Assembly: GCA_965284495.1 (NCBI GenBank)
Contig: OZ260105.1
Location: 260,049-324,048, forward strand
Source of the DNA: Burkholderiaceae bacterium
GTDB lineage: Bacteria; Pseudomonadota; Gammaproteobacteria; Burkholderiales; Burkholderiaceae_C
DNA length: 64,000 bases
Direction of reading: 5' to 3'
Below, in pieces: positions 26,859 through 38,231 of the stretch. The position numbers and the translations under genes were made by a program. A model generated the notes under the pieces. It was not told the DNA's origin, searched no databases, and saw only the letters and a list, made by a program, of their open reading frames with translations. The stretch's first letter is position 1. Each line of letters begins with the position of its first letter.

Positions 26859-27293
26859 TCAGTTCAGGGAAAGCAAGGCGCGAATTTCAAATAATTCTTT
26901 GCGCACAGCATTGGAGTCCAGAGCAAAGTTCGTTGCATCTATAGAAAGGTCGCGCGCTGAATCCAGCAACATACTAGGGAGTTCAAATTCGGCTGAGCCA
27001 TCGGTGTCTTCAGATGCCCCGTCATCGCGTGCCGGGTGGACCAGCTCTTGGAGCCGGTTGCGGGCCCCGCTGATGGTGAAGCCCTGGTCATACAGAAGGT
27101 CCCGTATGCGGCGAATCATGAGCACCTCGTGGTGCTGGTAATACCGCCGATTACCGCGACGTTTCATGGGACGCAACTGCGTGAATTCTTGCTCCCAATA
27201 GCGCAGCACATGCGGCTTCACGCCGCACAACTCAGCGACCTCACCGATCGTGAAGTAGCGCTTGGCGGGAATGGAAGGAAGCGTGGTGCCCAT
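26859..27293 (-). CDS. MerR family regulator (ihfA-associated)
   Basis: YFTIGEVAELCGVKPHVLRYWE. Confidence 0.9.
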   Translation of the reverse strand: MGTTLPSIPAKRYFTIGEVAELCGVKPHVLRYWEQEFTQLRPMKRRGNRRYYQHHEVLMIRRIRDLLYDQGFTISGARNRLQELVHPARDDGASEDTDGSAEFELPSMLLDSARDLSIDATNFALDSNAVRKELFEIRALLSLN

Positions 27294-27390
27294 GGAATCC
27301 AGATTCAGACGGGAAAGCCGACAAGGTTACTGCAGTCGTGCAAAACCCGCCAGCCACTCAAACACATTTGGTCACCAAATCGCCACAAAC

Positions 27391-27717
27391 TCACGTTGAG
27401 ACAGCGGTCTGAATTTGTTCCTTGAGCTTGCTGCTGGCGTGAAAAGTCACGACCCGGCGGGCCTTGATGGGAATAGCTTCACCCGTGCGCGGATTGCGCC
27501 CAGGGCGAGGTGCCTTGGTGCGAATCTGGAAATTTCCAAAGCCTGACAATTTGACGTCTTTGCCTTCGACCAAACTTTGCGCGATAAGGTCGAAAAACGC
27601 GTCGATCATGTCTTTGGATTCGCGCTTGTTCAACCCGATCTGATCGAACAACAGATCGGCCAACAACGCTTTGGTTAGCGCGGGAGTTTCCAGGCTTTCA
27701 ACTGCAAATTCGATCAC
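27391..27717 (-). CDS. ihfA: Integration host factor alpha
   Basis: GTG start after AGGGAG; [19 protein letters not shown]. Confidence 0.95.
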   Translation of the reverse strand: MIEFAVESLETPALTKALLADLLFDQIGLNKRESKDMIDAFFDLIAQSLVEGKDVKLSGFGNFQIRTKAPRPGRNPRTGEAIPIKARRVVTFHASSKLKEQIQTAVST

Positions 27718-27742
27718 GGCATCACTCCCTTGAACATCGTCT

Positions 27743-30190
27743 TCAAACACGCAGCTTAGCGCCCGTGCGCTGTGCCAATTGACCCACGACCGCTTGCACA
27801 GCAGCATCAATTTCGGCCTCCGTCAGGGTAGCGTCTTCGCTGCCCAGCGTCAGGCGCACAGCCAGGCTCTTTTCGCCTTGCGCCAATCCGCCCGAAGGTG
27901 CAACCTCACCCGCGCGCAAAGCCTTAGGTCGGTACACATCGAACAGCACAGCTGCACGCAGCATGGTGCCCGGCACGGCCGCACGCACGGACGCCATGAT
28001 CTCGGCATGGGTGACACGCTCGGCCACCACCATAGCGAGATCGCGTTCAACCGCTTGGTGCTTGGCCACAGGTGTGAACTCTGGCACTACCCGCAGCAGT
28101 ACCGCGTCCAATTCGAGTTCGAACATGACCGGAGCCTGCGGCAGATCCCAGGACTGGCGCCACTGTGGATGCAACTCGCCCACAAAACCGATGGCACGCC
28201 CGTCCAGCAGCACGTGCGCGCAGCGGCCGGGGTGCATCGCTGGATGGGTGGCGGGCTCGAAGGTGGCGTTCAACGGAGCCAACAAGGCCTCTACGTCACC
28301 CTTCACATCAAAAAAGTCGATGCCCTGATCTTTGCGGCCCCACTGCAGCGCGTCGTTCGGCCCGTACGCCAACCCGGATACGCGCATGGGTTGGTCAAAA
28401 CCCTCCACCGTGGTGTCAGTATTGCTCACGCTGGCGTCGCGCAAGAACACACGCCCCAGCTCGAACACACGCACACGCTCTGCCTTACGGTCGAGGTTGA
28501 ACTTCAAAACCTGTAGCAATGACCCCAGCAATGTCGAGCGCATGACGCTCATTTGGCTTGCAATGGGGTTGAGCAGCTTGATGGGTTGCGCATTGGCAGC
28601 CAGTTCGTGCTCCCAACGCTCTTCCACAAAACTGAAGTTGATCGTCTCCTGGTACCCCAGACCTGCCAGCGAACGGCGCACCGCAAACGGGCTGCGCGTG
28701 GCTTCGAGCGCCAGCTTGGGGCTAATGGGGGCCAGCGGCGGCGTAGTGGGCAAGTTGTTGTAGCCCACCATCCGCGCGACTTCTTCGATCAGATCTTCTT
28801 CGATCGTGAGGTCAAAACGGTAGGCTGGTGGCACGACGGTGAGGGTGCCCTCGCCCTGCGCCACAGTAAGCCCGAGGCGCTCGAGCGCATCCAGGCACTG
28901 CGCCTGCGTCAGCGGCATGCCAATCACCTTGGCAGCGCGTGCGACACGCAACGTGACAGGCTTCGTTTCTGGCAGGTTGACCACTTGGTCATCCATGGGG
29001 CCACACAGGGTGTCGGGCGTGCCGCAGATATCCATGACGAGCTGCGTGATGCGCTCGATGTGCTCCACCGTGAGGCTCGGGTCCACACCCCGCTCGAAGC
29101 GATGGCCCGCGTCGGTAGAGAAATTGAAGCGGCGCGAGCGGCCTGCTACCGCCTTCGGCCACCAGAAGGCTGCTTCGATGTAGATGTGTTTCGTGTCGTC
29201 CGACACAGCCGTGGCGTCCCCCCCCATGATGCCGGCAAGCGACTCCACCTGAACGTCGTCGGCGATCACTCCCACTTTGTCGTCCAAAGTCACGGTCGTG
29301 CCATTGAGCAGCTTGAGTTGCTCGCCGGGCTTGCCCCAGCGCACATCCAGACCCCCGTGGATCTTGTCCAGATCAAAAATATGCGATGGGCGGCCCAGCT
29401 CAAACATCACGTAGTTCGAGATGTCTACCAGCGGTGACACGCCACGCTGACCGCAGCGGGCCAGGCGATCCAACATCCACTGCGGGGTGGCTGCACGCGT
29501 GTTCACGTTGCGCACAATGCGACCCGAGAAGCGTCCGCACAGGTCGGTCGCGCTCACCTTCACGGCCAGCTTGTCAGGCAGCTGCGCAACTACAGCGGGG
29601 AAAGACGGCTGCTGCAGGGGGGCGCCTGTGAGTGCAGACACTTCCCGCGCGATGCCGTACACGCTGAGGCAATGCGCCAGATTGGGCGTGAGCTTCAACG
29701 TGAACAGCGTGTCGTCCAGGTTCAGGTGCGCACGGATATCCTGGCCGACGGGCGCGGAGGCATCCAGCTCCAGCAAACCACCATGGTCTTCCGACAATTT
29801 GAGTTCGCGGGCCGAGCACAACATGCCCTGGCTTTCCACACCGCGCAGTTTGCCCACCTTGATGAGGAAGGGCTTGCCGTCTTCACCTGGTGGCAGTTCG
29901 GCGCCCACCATGGCACACGGCACCTTGATACCCACGCGGGCATTCGGCGCGCCGCAGACGATGTTGAGCAAAGCGCCCTGCCCTACATCGACCTGGCACA
30001 CGCGCAGACGGTCGGCATCGGGGTGTTGCACTGCCTCTTTGATCTCGCCCACAACGATGCGGGTAAACGGCGGCGCCACGGGCCGCAGTTCTTCGACCTC
30101 CAGACCCGCCATGGTCAGCGTGTCGGCCAGTTCTTGGGTGGTCAGCGGTGGATTGCAGAATTCGCGCAACCAGGACTCAGGGAATTGCAT
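27743..30190 (-). CDS. pheT: Phenylalanyl-tRNA synthetase beta
   Basis: [34 protein letters not shown]. Confidence 0.97.
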   Translation of the reverse strand: MQFPESWLREFCNPPLTTQELADTLTMAGLEVEELRPVAPPFTRIVVGEIKEAVQHPDADRLRVCQVDVGQGALLNIVCGAPNARVGIKVPCAMVGAELPPGEDGKPFLIKVGKLRGVESQGMLCSARELKLSEDHGGLLELDASAPVGQDIRAHLNLDDTLFTLKLTPNLAHCLSVYGIAREVSALTGAPLQQPSFPAVVAQLPDKLAVKVSATDLCGRFSGRIVRNVNTRAATPQWMLDRLARCGQRGVSPLVDISNYVMFELGRPSHIFDLDKIHGGLDVRWGKPGEQLKLLNGTTVTLDDKVGVIADDVQVESLAGIMGGDATAVSDDTKHIYIEAAFWWPKAVAGRSRRFNFSTDAGHRFERGVDPSLTVEHIERITQLVMDICGTPDTLCGPMDDQVVNLPETKPVTLRVARAAKVIGMPLTQAQCLDALERLGLTVAQGEGTLTVVPPAYRFDLTIEEDLIEEVARMVGYNNLPTTPPLAPISPKLALEATRSPFAVRRSLAGLGYQETINFSFVEERWEHELAANAQPIKLLNPIASQMSVMRSTLLGSLLQVLKFNLDRKAERVRVFELGRVFLRDASVSNTDTTVEGFDQPMRVSGLAYGPNDALQWGRKDQGIDFFDVKGDVEALLAPLNATFEPATHPAMHPGRCAHVLLDGRAIGFVGELHPQWRQSWDLPQAPVMFELELDAVLLRVVPEFTPVAKHQAVERDLAMVVAERVTHAEIMASVRAAVPGTMLRAAVLFDVYRPKALRAGEVAPSGGLAQGEKSLAVRLTLGSEDATLTEAEIDAAVQAVVGQLAQRTGAKLRV

Positions 30191-30210
30191 AGGAAACTTC
30201 TTTGGCGTTA

Positions 30211-30255
30211 GCTCTTAAAAATATAGCTGGCTGCGCTTTTCAGTAAACGTTTTCA
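30211..30255 (-). repeat. Family A repeat copy (degenerate)
   Basis: GCTCT-N7-ATAGC-TGG-CTGCGCTT-N7-AACGTTTT on + strand. Confidence 0.65.
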
Positions 30256-30286
30256 ATATCAAATAGCATTGAAATCCAATGAAATA

Positions 30287-30310
30287 AAGCGCTAGCAGCT
30301 CACTTTTTTG
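30287..30310 (+). repeat. Family A half copy
   Basis: AAGCGCTAGCAGCT. Confidence 0.65.
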
Positions 30311-30312
30311 CG

Positions 30313-31365
30313 TTACTGAAACTGCGACAGGAAGCGGATGTCGCCATCAAAGAACAAACGCAGATCGTTGACGCCGTAGCGCAGCATGGTCAGGCGGTCA
30401 GGCCCCATGCCGAACGCAAAGCCGATGTAATTTTCGGGGTCAAGGCCCATATTGCGCACCACATTGGGGTGCACTTGGCCCGAACCCGCCACTTCCAGCC
30501 AGCGACCTGCCAGCGGGCCGGTCTGGAACTGGATGTCGATCTCGGCGCTGGGCTCGGTGAAGGGGAAGAAGCTGGGGCGAAAGCGCAGCACCAGATCGTC
30601 GCTTTCAAAGAACGTGCGGCAAAAATCCGTGAAGATGACCTTCAGATCCTTGAAGCTCACGTTCTCGCCAATCCACAGGCCTTCGCACTGGTGAAACATG
30701 GGCGAGTGTGTCGCGTCGCTGTCCACACGGTATGTGCGGCCGGGCGCAATGACGCGAATCTCGGGCATGGGCTGGCCCGCATCTAAAGCAGCGCGGTGCT
30801 TTTTGACATGCTGCACCGCATGGCGGATCTGCATCGGGCTGGTGTGCGTGCGCAGCAGATTGGGGGCGGTGGCAGTGCCGCCCTCCACATAAAACGTGTC
30901 GTGCATGGATCGCGCAGGGTGGTCCTCGGGCGTATTCAGTGCGGTGAAATTGAACCAGTCGGTCTCGATCTCGGGGCCCTGGGCCACGTCAAAACCCATG
31001 GAGCCAAAGATGCCCTCGATGCGTTCGAGCGTGAGCGACACAGGGTGCAGACCGCCCTGACCGCGCTGGCGGCCCGGCAAGCTCACGTCGAGCGCCTCGG
31101 CCTTGAGTTGTACCTGCAACTCGGCATCGGCCAAGGCTTGGCGCCGGGCCGTCAATGCGGCTTCAATGGCTTGCTTGGTGACGTTGATGGCAGCGCCGCG
31201 GGATTTTTTTTCCTCGACGGAAAGCTGCGCCATGCCCTTCATGAGCTCGGTCACGCGGCCCGACTTGCCGAGAAACTGCGCCTTGGCATTTTCCAGATCA
31301 GCAGGGGTGGCGCTTTGGGCAAACAGTTGCGTCGCGCTTTCGACCAGGGAATCCAACTCGTTCAT
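30313..31365 (-). CDS. pheS: Phenylalanyl-tRNA synthetase alpha
   Basis: [29 protein letters not shown]. Confidence 0.97.
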   Translation of the reverse strand: MNELDSLVESATQLFAQSATPADLENAKAQFLGKSGRVTELMKGMAQLSVEEKKSRGAAINVTKQAIEAALTARRQALADAELQVQLKAEALDVSLPGRQRGQGGLHPVSLTLERIEGIFGSMGFDVAQGPEIETDWFNFTALNTPEDHPARSMHDTFYVEGGTATAPNLLRTHTSPMQIRHAVQHVKKHRAALDAGQPMPEIRVIAPGRTYRVDSDATHSPMFHQCEGLWIGENVSFKDLKVIFTDFCRTFFESDDLVLRFRPSFFPFTEPSAEIDIQFQTGPLAGRWLEVAGSGQVHPNVVRNMGLDPENYIGFAFGMGPDRLTMLRYGVNDLRLFFDGDIRFLSQFQ

Positions 31366-31402
31366 ATCGACTCTTGAAAATGAACAAGGGCTAGTGCCTT
31401 TT

Positions 31403-31452
31403 CAAGCTCTAGCCCTTGTTGTTATTGCGCAAGAAGCTATCCAAAAGATAGC
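31403..31452 (+). repeat. Family A repeat copy; its left arm also forms a 12-bp hairpin with 31383-31394
   Basis: CTAGCCCTT-N7-TTGCGCAAG-AA-GCTAT-N7-ATAGC; AACAAGGGCTAG/CTAGCCCTTGTT. Confidence 0.75.
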
Positions 31453-31466
31453 TTCTCATCGTGAAC

Positions 31467-31826
31467 TCAAGCAGCCAGCTTGGCCTTGACTTGGTTGACG
31501 ATGCTGCCAAAGGCAGCCTTGTCGTGCACTGCGAGGTCGGCCAGCATCTTGCGGTCGATCTCGATGGATGCCTTCTTCAGGCCGTTGGCGAACTGGCTGT
31601 AGGTCAGGCCCAGTTCACGGGCAGCGGCGTTGATACGGGCGATCCACAACTGGCGGAACACGCGCTTCTTGGTGCGGCGGTCACGGTAGGCATATTGCCC
31701 AGCCTTCATTACCGCCTGTTTGGCGATACGGTAGACATTACCGCGGCGACCACGGAAACCCTTAGCGAGGGCGAGAACTTTCTTGTGACGGGCACGGGCC
31801 GTTACACCACGTTTGACGCGAGGCAT
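31467..31826 (-). CDS. rplT: 50S ribosomal protein L20
   Basis: [16 protein letters not shown]. Confidence 0.98.
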   Translation of the reverse strand: MPRVKRGVTARARHKKVLALAKGFRGRRGNVYRIAKQAVMKAGQYAYRDRRTKKRVFRQLWIARINAAARELGLTYSQFANGLKKASIEIDRKMLADLAVHDKAAFGSIVNQVKAKLAA

Positions 31827-31852
31827 ATTAAATCTCCTTGTTCGTCAGTAAA

Positions 31853-32056
31853 TTAAACGCCCATACCGGGCAGCATCTGTGAAATCGAGGCCATATTGGT
31901 CTCGTGCACAGCGACTGCACCACGCAGGTGGCGCTTGTTCTTGGTGGTCTTCTTGGTCAAGATGTGACGCTTGAAGGCTTGACCGCGCTTGACGGTGCCA
32001 CCGGGACGAACGCGGAAACGTTTTTTCGCGCTGCTCTTGGTCTTCATTTTGGGCAT
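31853..32056 (-). CDS. rpmI: 50S ribosomal protein L35
   Basis: [14 protein letters not shown]. Confidence 0.98.
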   Translation of the reverse strand: MPKMKTKSSAKKRFRVRPGGTVKRGQAFKRHILTKKTTKNKRHLRGAVAVHETNMASISQMLPGMGV

Positions 32057-32236
32057 GTGAATGCTCCTTTTCGTTGTGCTCGTGAGGCGTTTGCAAACCG
32101 ATCTGCAAACTTGTTGGCCCCGAGCCACTTTTATCGAAGGGCTTTCGCCCCTCGTTCGACAATGCCAAAGCACCGTCTCTGACCGTTCCACCCTCGCAGG
32201 CGGACCGATCAAATTCTCAAATCAATTGACTCAACC

Positions 32237-32839
32237 TCAAGCAGCGCTGCCTGCGGACGACGCGCCTTCCGCAGCGGGCTTCGCAGCGGAGGGCTTTTTA
32301 CGGCCGGGGGCAATCATCATGATCATCTGGCGGCCTTCCAGCTTGGGAAACTGCTCGATGAGGATGGTGTCGCCCAGTTCATCGCGAATGCGATTGAGCA
32401 GGGCCAGTCCCAATTCCTGGTGCGTGATTTCACGGCCGCGGAACCGCAACGTGATCTTGCACTTGTCACCATCCGCCAGAAAGCGGCGGATGTTGCGCAT
32501 CTTGATGTTGTAGTCGCCATCGTCCGTACCGGGCCGGAACTTGACTTCCTTGATCTCGATGACCGTTTGCTTGGCCTTGGCTTCGGCAGCACGCTTTTGC
32601 TCTTGGTACTTGAACTTGCCGTAGTCCATCAAGCGGCATACGGGTGGGTTCGCTGTGGCAGCGATTTCCACCAGATCCACGTCCAACTCGCCTGCCATGC
32701 GCAGGGCTTCCATCAGACTGACAACGCCCAAAGGTTCATTCTCAGGACCGGAAAGTCGAACTTCCGGGGCCATGATTTCACGGTTCAGGCGGTGCTTGCG
32801 CTCTTCACGGTGGCGACGATCACGAAATTCAGTAGCGAT
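32237..32839 (-). CDS. infC: Translation initiation factor IF-3, non-canonical ATC start
   Basis: Frame extends upstream of the track ATG: AAGGA-N8-ATC GCT ACT GAA TTT CGT; [17 protein letters not shown]. Confidence 0.9.
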   Translation of the reverse strand: MATEFRDRRHREERKHRLNREIMAPEVRLSGPENEPLGVVSLMEALRMAGELDVDLVEIAATANPPVCRLMDYGKFKYQEQKRAAEAKAKQTVIEIKEVKFRPGTDDGDYNIKMRNIRRFLADGDKCKITLRFRGREITHQELGLALLNRIRDELGDTILIEQFPKLEGRQMIMMIAPGRKKPSAAKPAAEGASSAGSAA

Positions 32840-32862
32840 GGCTATCTTCCTTCAATCAAATT

Positions 32863-32915
32863 ACTACAAACTTTGTAGCTACAACCGCACAGCTGGCAAG
32901 CGCCAAAGCAAGTTT
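32863..32915 (-). repeat. Family A repeat copy (degenerate) between thrS and infC
   Basis: ACTAC-N7-GTAGC-TAC-AACCGCAC-N7-AAGCGCCAA on + strand. Confidence 0.65.
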
Positions 32916-32925
32916 TCAACAAAAA

Positions 32926-34845
32926 TCAGGCTTTGGTGGCGATGTCTTGGGCGATCAGCTCAGCGAACGCTTCAACGGACATCACGCCGAGGTCACGATT
33001 GCCCCGGCCGCGCACTGCGACGGCTCCTGCGGCCTTTTCCTTGTCGCCCGCGACGAGGATGTACGGCAGCTTTTGCAACGAATGCTCACGTATTTTATAC
33101 GTAATCTTCTCATTGCGCAGATCGACCGCCACCCTAAGGTCTTGATTCGGCAGCGCTTTTTGCAGTTTTTCAGCAATTTCGCGACAGTAATCGGCCTGTG
33201 CGTCCGTGATGTTCAGCACCGCCACCTGCACCGGAGCGAGCCAAGCGGGGAACGCTCCCGCGTAGTGCTCGATCAACATGCCGATGAAACGCTCCATGCT
33301 GCCTACGGTGGCGCGGTGCAGCATCAGGGGGCGCTTGCGGCTGCCGTCCTCGGCCACGTATTCGGCGTCCAGGCGTTCGGGCAGGTTGGGGTCAATCTGC
33401 ATCGTGCCGCACTGCCACTGCCGTCCCAGCGCGTCCTTCAGCGTGTACTCGATCTTGGGGCCGTAGAACGCACCCTCGCCTTCGGCGATCTCAAATTCAC
33501 ACCCTGAATGGCGCAGGCCATCCATCAGCGCCTTCTCGGCGCGGTCCCACGACTCATCCGTGCCGATGCGCGCCTCAGGCCGCGTGGCCACCTTGTAGAT
33601 GATGTTGGTGAAACCAAAGTCCTTGTAGACCTTCTGTACCAGCGCCGTGTAGTTGGCGCACTCTTCCAACACCTGCTCTTCGGTGCAGAAGATGTGACCA
33701 TCGTCCTGCGTGAAGCCGCGCACGCGCATGATGCCGTGCAGGCCGCCGGTGGGCTCGTTGCGGTGGCAGGCACCAAATTCACCGTAGCGCAGCGGCAGGT
33801 CGCGGTAGCTCTTGATGCCCTGCTTGTAAATGAGAACGTGACCCGGGCAGTTCATCGGCTTGAGCGCGTACTCGCGTTTTTCCGATTCGGTCGTGAACAT
33901 GTTGTCGCGGTACTTGTCCCAGTGACCCGTCTTTTCCCACAGGCTCTTGTCCAGGATCTGCGGACCCTTGACCTCTTGGTAGCCGTTGTTGCGGTACACG
34001 CGGCGCATGTACTGCTCCACTTCCTGCCACAGCGCCCAGCCTTTTGGGTGCCAAAAAACGGTACCGGGTGAATGCTCGTCCATGTGGAACAAGTCCAGCT
34101 CCCGACCCAGCTTGCGGTGGTCGCGCTTTTCCGCCTCTTCCAGCATGGTGAGGTACTGCTGCAGCTCTTCCTTGGACGTCCAGGCGGTTCCGTAGATGCG
34201 CTGAAGCATCTCGTTGCGGTGGTCGCCGCGCCAGTAGGCGCCTGCAACCTTCATCAGCTTGAAGAACTTGAGCTTGCCCGTGCTCGGTACGTGGGGGCCG
34301 CGGCACAGGTCCTCAAAATTACCCTCGCGGTACAAGCTCACGTCTTCATTGCTGGGGATGCTGGCAATGATCTCAGCCTTGTAGTGCTCGCCTTGCGCCT
34401 TGAAATGAGCCACGGCCTCATCGCGCGGCAGCACGCGGCGCACCACGGGCTCATCCTTGGCTGCCAGCTCGGTCATGCGCTTTTCAATGGCCACCAAGTC
34501 TTCAGGCGTGAAGGGGCGCTTGTAAGCAAAGTCGTAGAAAAAACCGTTTTCGATCACCGGGCCGATGGTCACCTGCGCCTCGGGGAACAGCTCCTTGACG
34601 GCGTAGGCCAACAAGTGAGCGGTGGAGTGGCGAATGACCTCCAGACCATCCGCATCCTTGGCCGTGATGATCGACAGCGGGCTGTCCGCCGTGATCTGGT
34701 AGCTGGTGTCCACCACTTTGCCATCGATCTTGCCTGCCAGGGCCGCCTTGGCCAGGCCAGCGCCAATGGAGGCAGCCACTTCGGCCACGGTGACAGGGCC
34801 GGGAAATTCGCGTTGCGAGCCGTCGGGGAGCGTGATGTGAATCAT
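32926..34845 (-). CDS. thrS: Threonyl-tRNA synthetase
   Basis: [39 protein letters not shown]. Confidence 0.98.
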   Translation of the reverse strand: MIHITLPDGSQREFPGPVTVAEVAASIGAGLAKAALAGKIDGKVVDTSYQITADSPLSIITAKDADGLEVIRHSTAHLLAYAVKELFPEAQVTIGPVIENGFFYDFAYKRPFTPEDLVAIEKRMTELAAKDEPVVRRVLPRDEAVAHFKAQGEHYKAEIIASIPSNEDVSLYREGNFEDLCRGPHVPSTGKLKFFKLMKVAGAYWRGDHRNEMLQRIYGTAWTSKEELQQYLTMLEEAEKRDHRKLGRELDLFHMDEHSPGTVFWHPKGWALWQEVEQYMRRVYRNNGYQEVKGPQILDKSLWEKTGHWDKYRDNMFTTESEKREYALKPMNCPGHVLIYKQGIKSYRDLPLRYGEFGACHRNEPTGGLHGIMRVRGFTQDDGHIFCTEEQVLEECANYTALVQKVYKDFGFTNIIYKVATRPEARIGTDESWDRAEKALMDGLRHSGCEFEIAEGEGAFYGPKIEYTLKDALGRQWQCGTMQIDPNLPERLDAEYVAEDGSRKRPLMLHRATVGSMERFIGMLIEHYAGAFPAWLAPVQVAVLNITDAQADYCREIAEKLQKALPNQDLRVAVDLRNEKITYKIREHSLQKLPYILVAGDKEKAAGAVAVRGRGNRDLGVMSVEAFAELIAQDIATKA

Positions 34846-34915
34846 GGGAGTAACTCTTTCTTTTTCAATCGTGCGATCGGTGATCGTGCAATGGGAGCGG
34901 GCACGCGCCAGGCCC

Positions 34916-34949
34916 AAAAACAAAAAAGCGCGGAACGGGTCCGCGCTTT
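34916..34949 (-). terminator. Attenuator terminator in the thrS leader
   Basis: AAAGCGCGGA-CCCGT-TCCGCGCTTT followed by TTTGTTTTT on the - strand. Confidence 0.85.
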
Positions 34950-34992
34950 CTGGAAGAGGTGTGCAATCTCGTGCAGGCGCGAACAGCCAGCC

Positions 34993-35034
34993 TTAGCGGC
35001 CGGTAAACATCTCCGATGTAGTTCGCGGTGTCAT
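34993..35034 (-). CDS. Putative Thr-rich leader peptide MTPRTTSEMFTGR
   Basis: 13 codons, 4 Thr (ACA, ACT, ACA, ACC); GAAAGG upstream; overlaps attenuator region 1. Confidence 0.75.
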   Translation of the reverse strand: MTPRTTSEMFTGR

Positions 35035-35094
35035 AACCAGATTGCCTTTCTCGCTCTTGTGCAGTGAATTTGCTCGCATTTTAACCCTGCCGCC

Positions 35095-35128
35095 AACAAA
35101 AAAGCCCGAAGCAGCGGCTTCGGGCTTT
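35095..35128 (-). terminator. aceA terminator
   Basis: AAAGCCCGAAGC-N4-GCTTCGGGCTTT followed by T-run on the - strand. Confidence 0.85.
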
Positions 35129-35177
35129 CGTCCGGTGGATTTTGCGCCACACCCAAGCGGCGCAAAAGTCACGCAGA

Positions 35178-36509
35178 TCAGTGGAACTGCTCTTCTTCGG
35201 TCGAACCCGTCAGGGCCTTCACGGAGGACGAACCACCCTGGATCACCGTGGTCACGTCGTCGAAGTAGCCTGCGCCCACTTCCTGCTGGTGCGACACAAA
35301 CGTGTAGCCCTTGTCGCGTGCTGCAAATTCTGGCTCTTGCACCATGTTCACGTAATGCTTCATGCCTTCGCCGTTGGCGTATGCATGGGCGAACTGGAAC
35401 GTGTTGAACCAGTTGATATGGATACCGGCCAGCGTGATGAACTGGTACTTGTAGCCCAGTGCCGACAGGTCTTCCTGGAAGGACGCGATCTGCGTGTCGT
35501 TCAAATTCTTCTTCCAGTTGAACGAAGGTGAGCAGTTGTACGACAGCAGCTTGCCAGGGCAGGCAGCGTGCACAGCCTGGGCAAACTCACGGGCAAAGCC
35601 GATGTCTGGCACGCCGGTTTCGCACCACACCAGGTCGGCGTAGGGGGCGTAGGCCACGCCACGGCTGATGGCTTGCTCCAGGCCGTTCTTGACGCGGTAG
35701 AAGCCTTCTTGCGTGCGCTCGCCGGTCAGGAAAGGCTTGTCGTTGGCGTCGTGGTCAGACGTGATCAGGTTGGCGGCTTCGGCATCGGTGCGGGCCAGCA
35801 CGATAGTGGACACGCCCATCACGTCGGCTGCAAAACGGGCGGAAATCAGCTTTTCGCAGGCTTCATGCGTAGGCACCAGCACCTTGCCACCCATGTGGCC
35901 GCACTTCTTTACGGCAGCCAGCTGGTCTTCAAAGTGAACACCTGCAGCGCCCGACTGGATCATGTTCTTCATCAGTTCGAAGGCGTTCAAGACGCCGCCG
36001 AAACCAGCTTCTGCATCGGCCACGATGGGCAGGAAGTAGTCGATGAATTCCTTGTCGCCGGGGTTGATGCCACGGCCCCACTGGATTTCGTCAGCGCGCT
36101 TGAAGGTGTTGTTGATGCGGCGAACCATGGTGGGCACCGAGTCATACGCATACAGCGACTGGTCGGGGTACATGGTTTCGGACGTGTTGCCGTCCGCGGC
36201 GACTTGCCAGCCCGACAGGTACACAGCCTCCAGGCCAGCCTTGGCTTGCTGCATGGCTTGACCAGCAGAGATGGCGCCGAATGCGTTGACGTAGCCCTTC
36301 TTGGCGCCGCCGTTGATCTTGTCCCACAGCTTTTCAGCGCCGCGCTTGGCCAAGGTGTGCTCAATCGGCAGCGAGCCGCGCAGACGAACCACGTCGGCAG
36401 CGGAGTAACCGCGCTTCACACCCTTCCAGCGGGGGTTCTGGGCCCAGTCTTTTTCCAGGGCGGCAATTTGCTGTTCACGGCTCAGTTGTTCGTTGAGAGA
36501 TTGGGGCAT
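35178..36509 (-). CDS. aceA: Isocitrate lyase
   Basis: KKCGHMGGK active-site loop, [20 protein letters not shown]. Confidence 0.98.
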   Translation of the reverse strand: MPQSLNEQLSREQQIAALEKDWAQNPRWKGVKRGYSAADVVRLRGSLPIEHTLAKRGAEKLWDKINGGAKKGYVNAFGAISAGQAMQQAKAGLEAVYLSGWQVAADGNTSETMYPDQSLYAYDSVPTMVRRINNTFKRADEIQWGRGINPGDKEFIDYFLPIVADAEAGFGGVLNAFELMKNMIQSGAAGVHFEDQLAAVKKCGHMGGKVLVPTHEACEKLISARFAADVMGVSTIVLARTDAEAANLITSDHDANDKPFLTGERTQEGFYRVKNGLEQAISRGVAYAPYADLVWCETGVPDIGFAREFAQAVHAACPGKLLSYNCSPSFNWKKNLNDTQIASFQEDLSALGYKYQFITLAGIHINWFNTFQFAHAYANGEGMKHYVNMVQEPEFAARDKGYTFVSHQQEVGAGYFDDVTTVIQGGSSSVKALTGSTEEEQFH

Positions 36510-36578
36510 GAGGTCACTCCAGAAGGTTGGTTGAAAACGCCGGGCTGCTTGTGTGCTGCCCTTGGGGACAACTTTAAG

Positions 36579-36620
36579 TCTTCTATAAGAGTTGCACAAG
36601 CTCTTATGTCTTATAGAAGA
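36579..36620. promoter_or_regulatory. Operator upstream of aceA (12-bp inverted repeat; SdhR-like GntR box)
   Basis: TCTTCTATAAGA-N18-TCTTATAGAAGA; contains TCTTATGTCTTATAGAAGA at 36602-36620. Confidence 0.65.
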
Positions 36621-36780
36621 GATAAATTTTTCCCTTTAAAAACAAGCACTTAACCACGCAATTTCTCAATACAGAAATTGATTTCTCATATCGAGAAAAA
36701 ATGCGGCAATGCAACATCTATCGCATTCCGCATTGCAAAAACGTGTTTTTGTATTGTGAGAAAAAACACGGGCAAGCCGC

Positions 36781-37185
36781 CTACCCTGCCTTGACCCAAT
36801 CACCATGCGCAATACGCTCGGCAGACTCCACATACCGAGGGTTGATTTCATACACGAGGCACGGCGTGGCATGACCTTGCACGTCGACCATCACTTCGCG
36901 TTTGCTGTACTCGTCTGTGGGGTTCTCCCCAAGGTCTTCGATGCCATCCAGAACGGCCTCCAGAGCGGAGTCAATGGCATACACCTCGCCCTGCACCCAC
37001 TGGTCACCGCCCAAAGTCATACCGGGATAAGGCCCCAGGTGATAAAGAATGCCGGCGACCTGCGCCAGCCCCACAAACCGCGCAGCAGGCTGCAACCGCG
37101 TAATGTCGTTGCTGCAGCCCTCGCGCAATGTGCCATACACAAACACACACCGCGGCGACTGAGGAAACTGGGATTCATCGGGCAT
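36781..37185 (-). CDS. Gamma-glutamylcyclotransferase (AIG2-like)
   Basis: VFVYGTLREG, YPG, V.GEVY, LDGIE. Confidence 0.9.
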   Translation of the reverse strand: MPDESQFPQSPRCVFVYGTLREGCSNDITRLQPAARFVGLAQVAGILYHLGPYPGMTLGGDQWVQGEVYAIDSALEAVLDGIEDLGENPTDEYSKREVMVDVQGHATPCLVYEINPRYVESAERIAHGDWVKAG

Positions 37186-37221
37186 GATGCGCACTCTTTT
37201 TGTTGACCAGCGCCCAGTCTA

Positions 37222-38178
37222 GTGAAACCGCCGAACCGTCTCTTCGCCTATGCGTGCCTCGCGCTCAGCATGTCACTCGTGGGCTGCTACGTAGCGCTTT
37301 CCAAGCCGCTGGCGGCAGTGCTACCCGTGTTTCTGCTGGCGTGGATGCGTTTTGGCATTGGCGGGCTGGCCATGCTCCATTGGCTAAAAAAGCCGATAGA
37401 CGAACCACCCCTCACGCCGCAAACCAAACGCTTGCTGTTTCTGGAATCGTTTCTGGGCAACTTTCTGTTCACCATCTGCATGATCTATGGCGTGAGCCTG
37501 ACCGATGCCGTCTCGGCCGGTGTGACCATGGCATCGATCCCGGCAGCAGTTGCCTTGATGGGCTGGGCGTTTCTGGGCGAGCGGGTGGCGCCGCGCACGT
37601 GGGCTGCCGTGGTGTGCGCTGTAGGGGGAGTTGCCTTGTTCTCACTATCAAAACCAGAGCACACTGCGCATGCTGCACAAGCGCTAGGTGCCAAAAACAC
37701 TCAAAACATGGCATGGCTCGGTCAGTTGCTGCTGGTAGGGGCCGTGATCTGCGAAGCGGCCTATACCGTAATCGGCAAGAAGCTCACGGGAAGCCTGGGG
37801 CCCAAACGCATCACCTCGCTCATCAACCTGTGGGGGTTTGCGCTGACAACGCCTTTTGGGCTGTACCTGGCGCTGGATTTTGACTTTGCCGCGGTCGGCT
37901 GGGGCACCTGGATGCTGCTGCTTTTCTATGCCATGGCGGCCTGCATGTGGACGGTCTGGCTGTGGATGACAGGGCTCAAGGCCGTTCCGGCAGCCCAAGG
38001 TGGGGTTTTCTCGGTCATGTTGCCCGTAAGCGCGGCGCTGGTAGGCGTGCTGCTACTGGGCGAATCCCTCACCGCCATGCAACTGGTGGCGTTTGCCATC
38101 GCCCTGGCCAGCGTGTTGCTGGCCACCCTGCCCTCACGCGCTGCGATGCGTGTGGGCCGAAAGAACCGGGCGGGCTGA
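37222..38178 (+). CDS. EamA/DMT family transporter
   Basis: ~10 TM helices in two repeats; WMRFGIG, EAAYTVIGKKL. Confidence 0.85.
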   Translation: MKPPNRLFAYACLALSMSLVGCYVALSKPLAAVLPVFLLAWMRFGIGGLAMLHWLKKPIDEPPLTPQTKRLLFLESFLGNFLFTICMIYGVSLTDAVSAGVTMASIPAAVALMGWAFLGERVAPRTWAAVVCAVGGVALFSLSKPEHTAHAAQALGAKNTQNMAWLGQLLLVGAVICEAAYTVIGKKLTGSLGPKRITSLINLWGFALTTPFGLYLALDFDFAAVGWGTWMLLLFYAMAACMWTVWLWMTGLKAVPAAQGGVFSVMLPVSAALVGVLLLGESLTAMQLVAFAIALASVLLATLPSRAAMRVGRKNRAG

Positions 38179-38231
38179 CCCCAGCGTTTAGCGCAAAGCA
38201 CTGCCTCTTTCGGGCGAGCGGCCCCGCCCGT

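Noticed and set aside
31366-31466. pheM-type attenuator before pheS
   Set aside because: No Phe-rich leader ORF; the spacer is filled by a family A repeat and a hairpin
32057-32236. L20-binding leader upstream of rpmI
   Set aside because: Short hairpins are present, but I could not match them to a defined L20 operator structure
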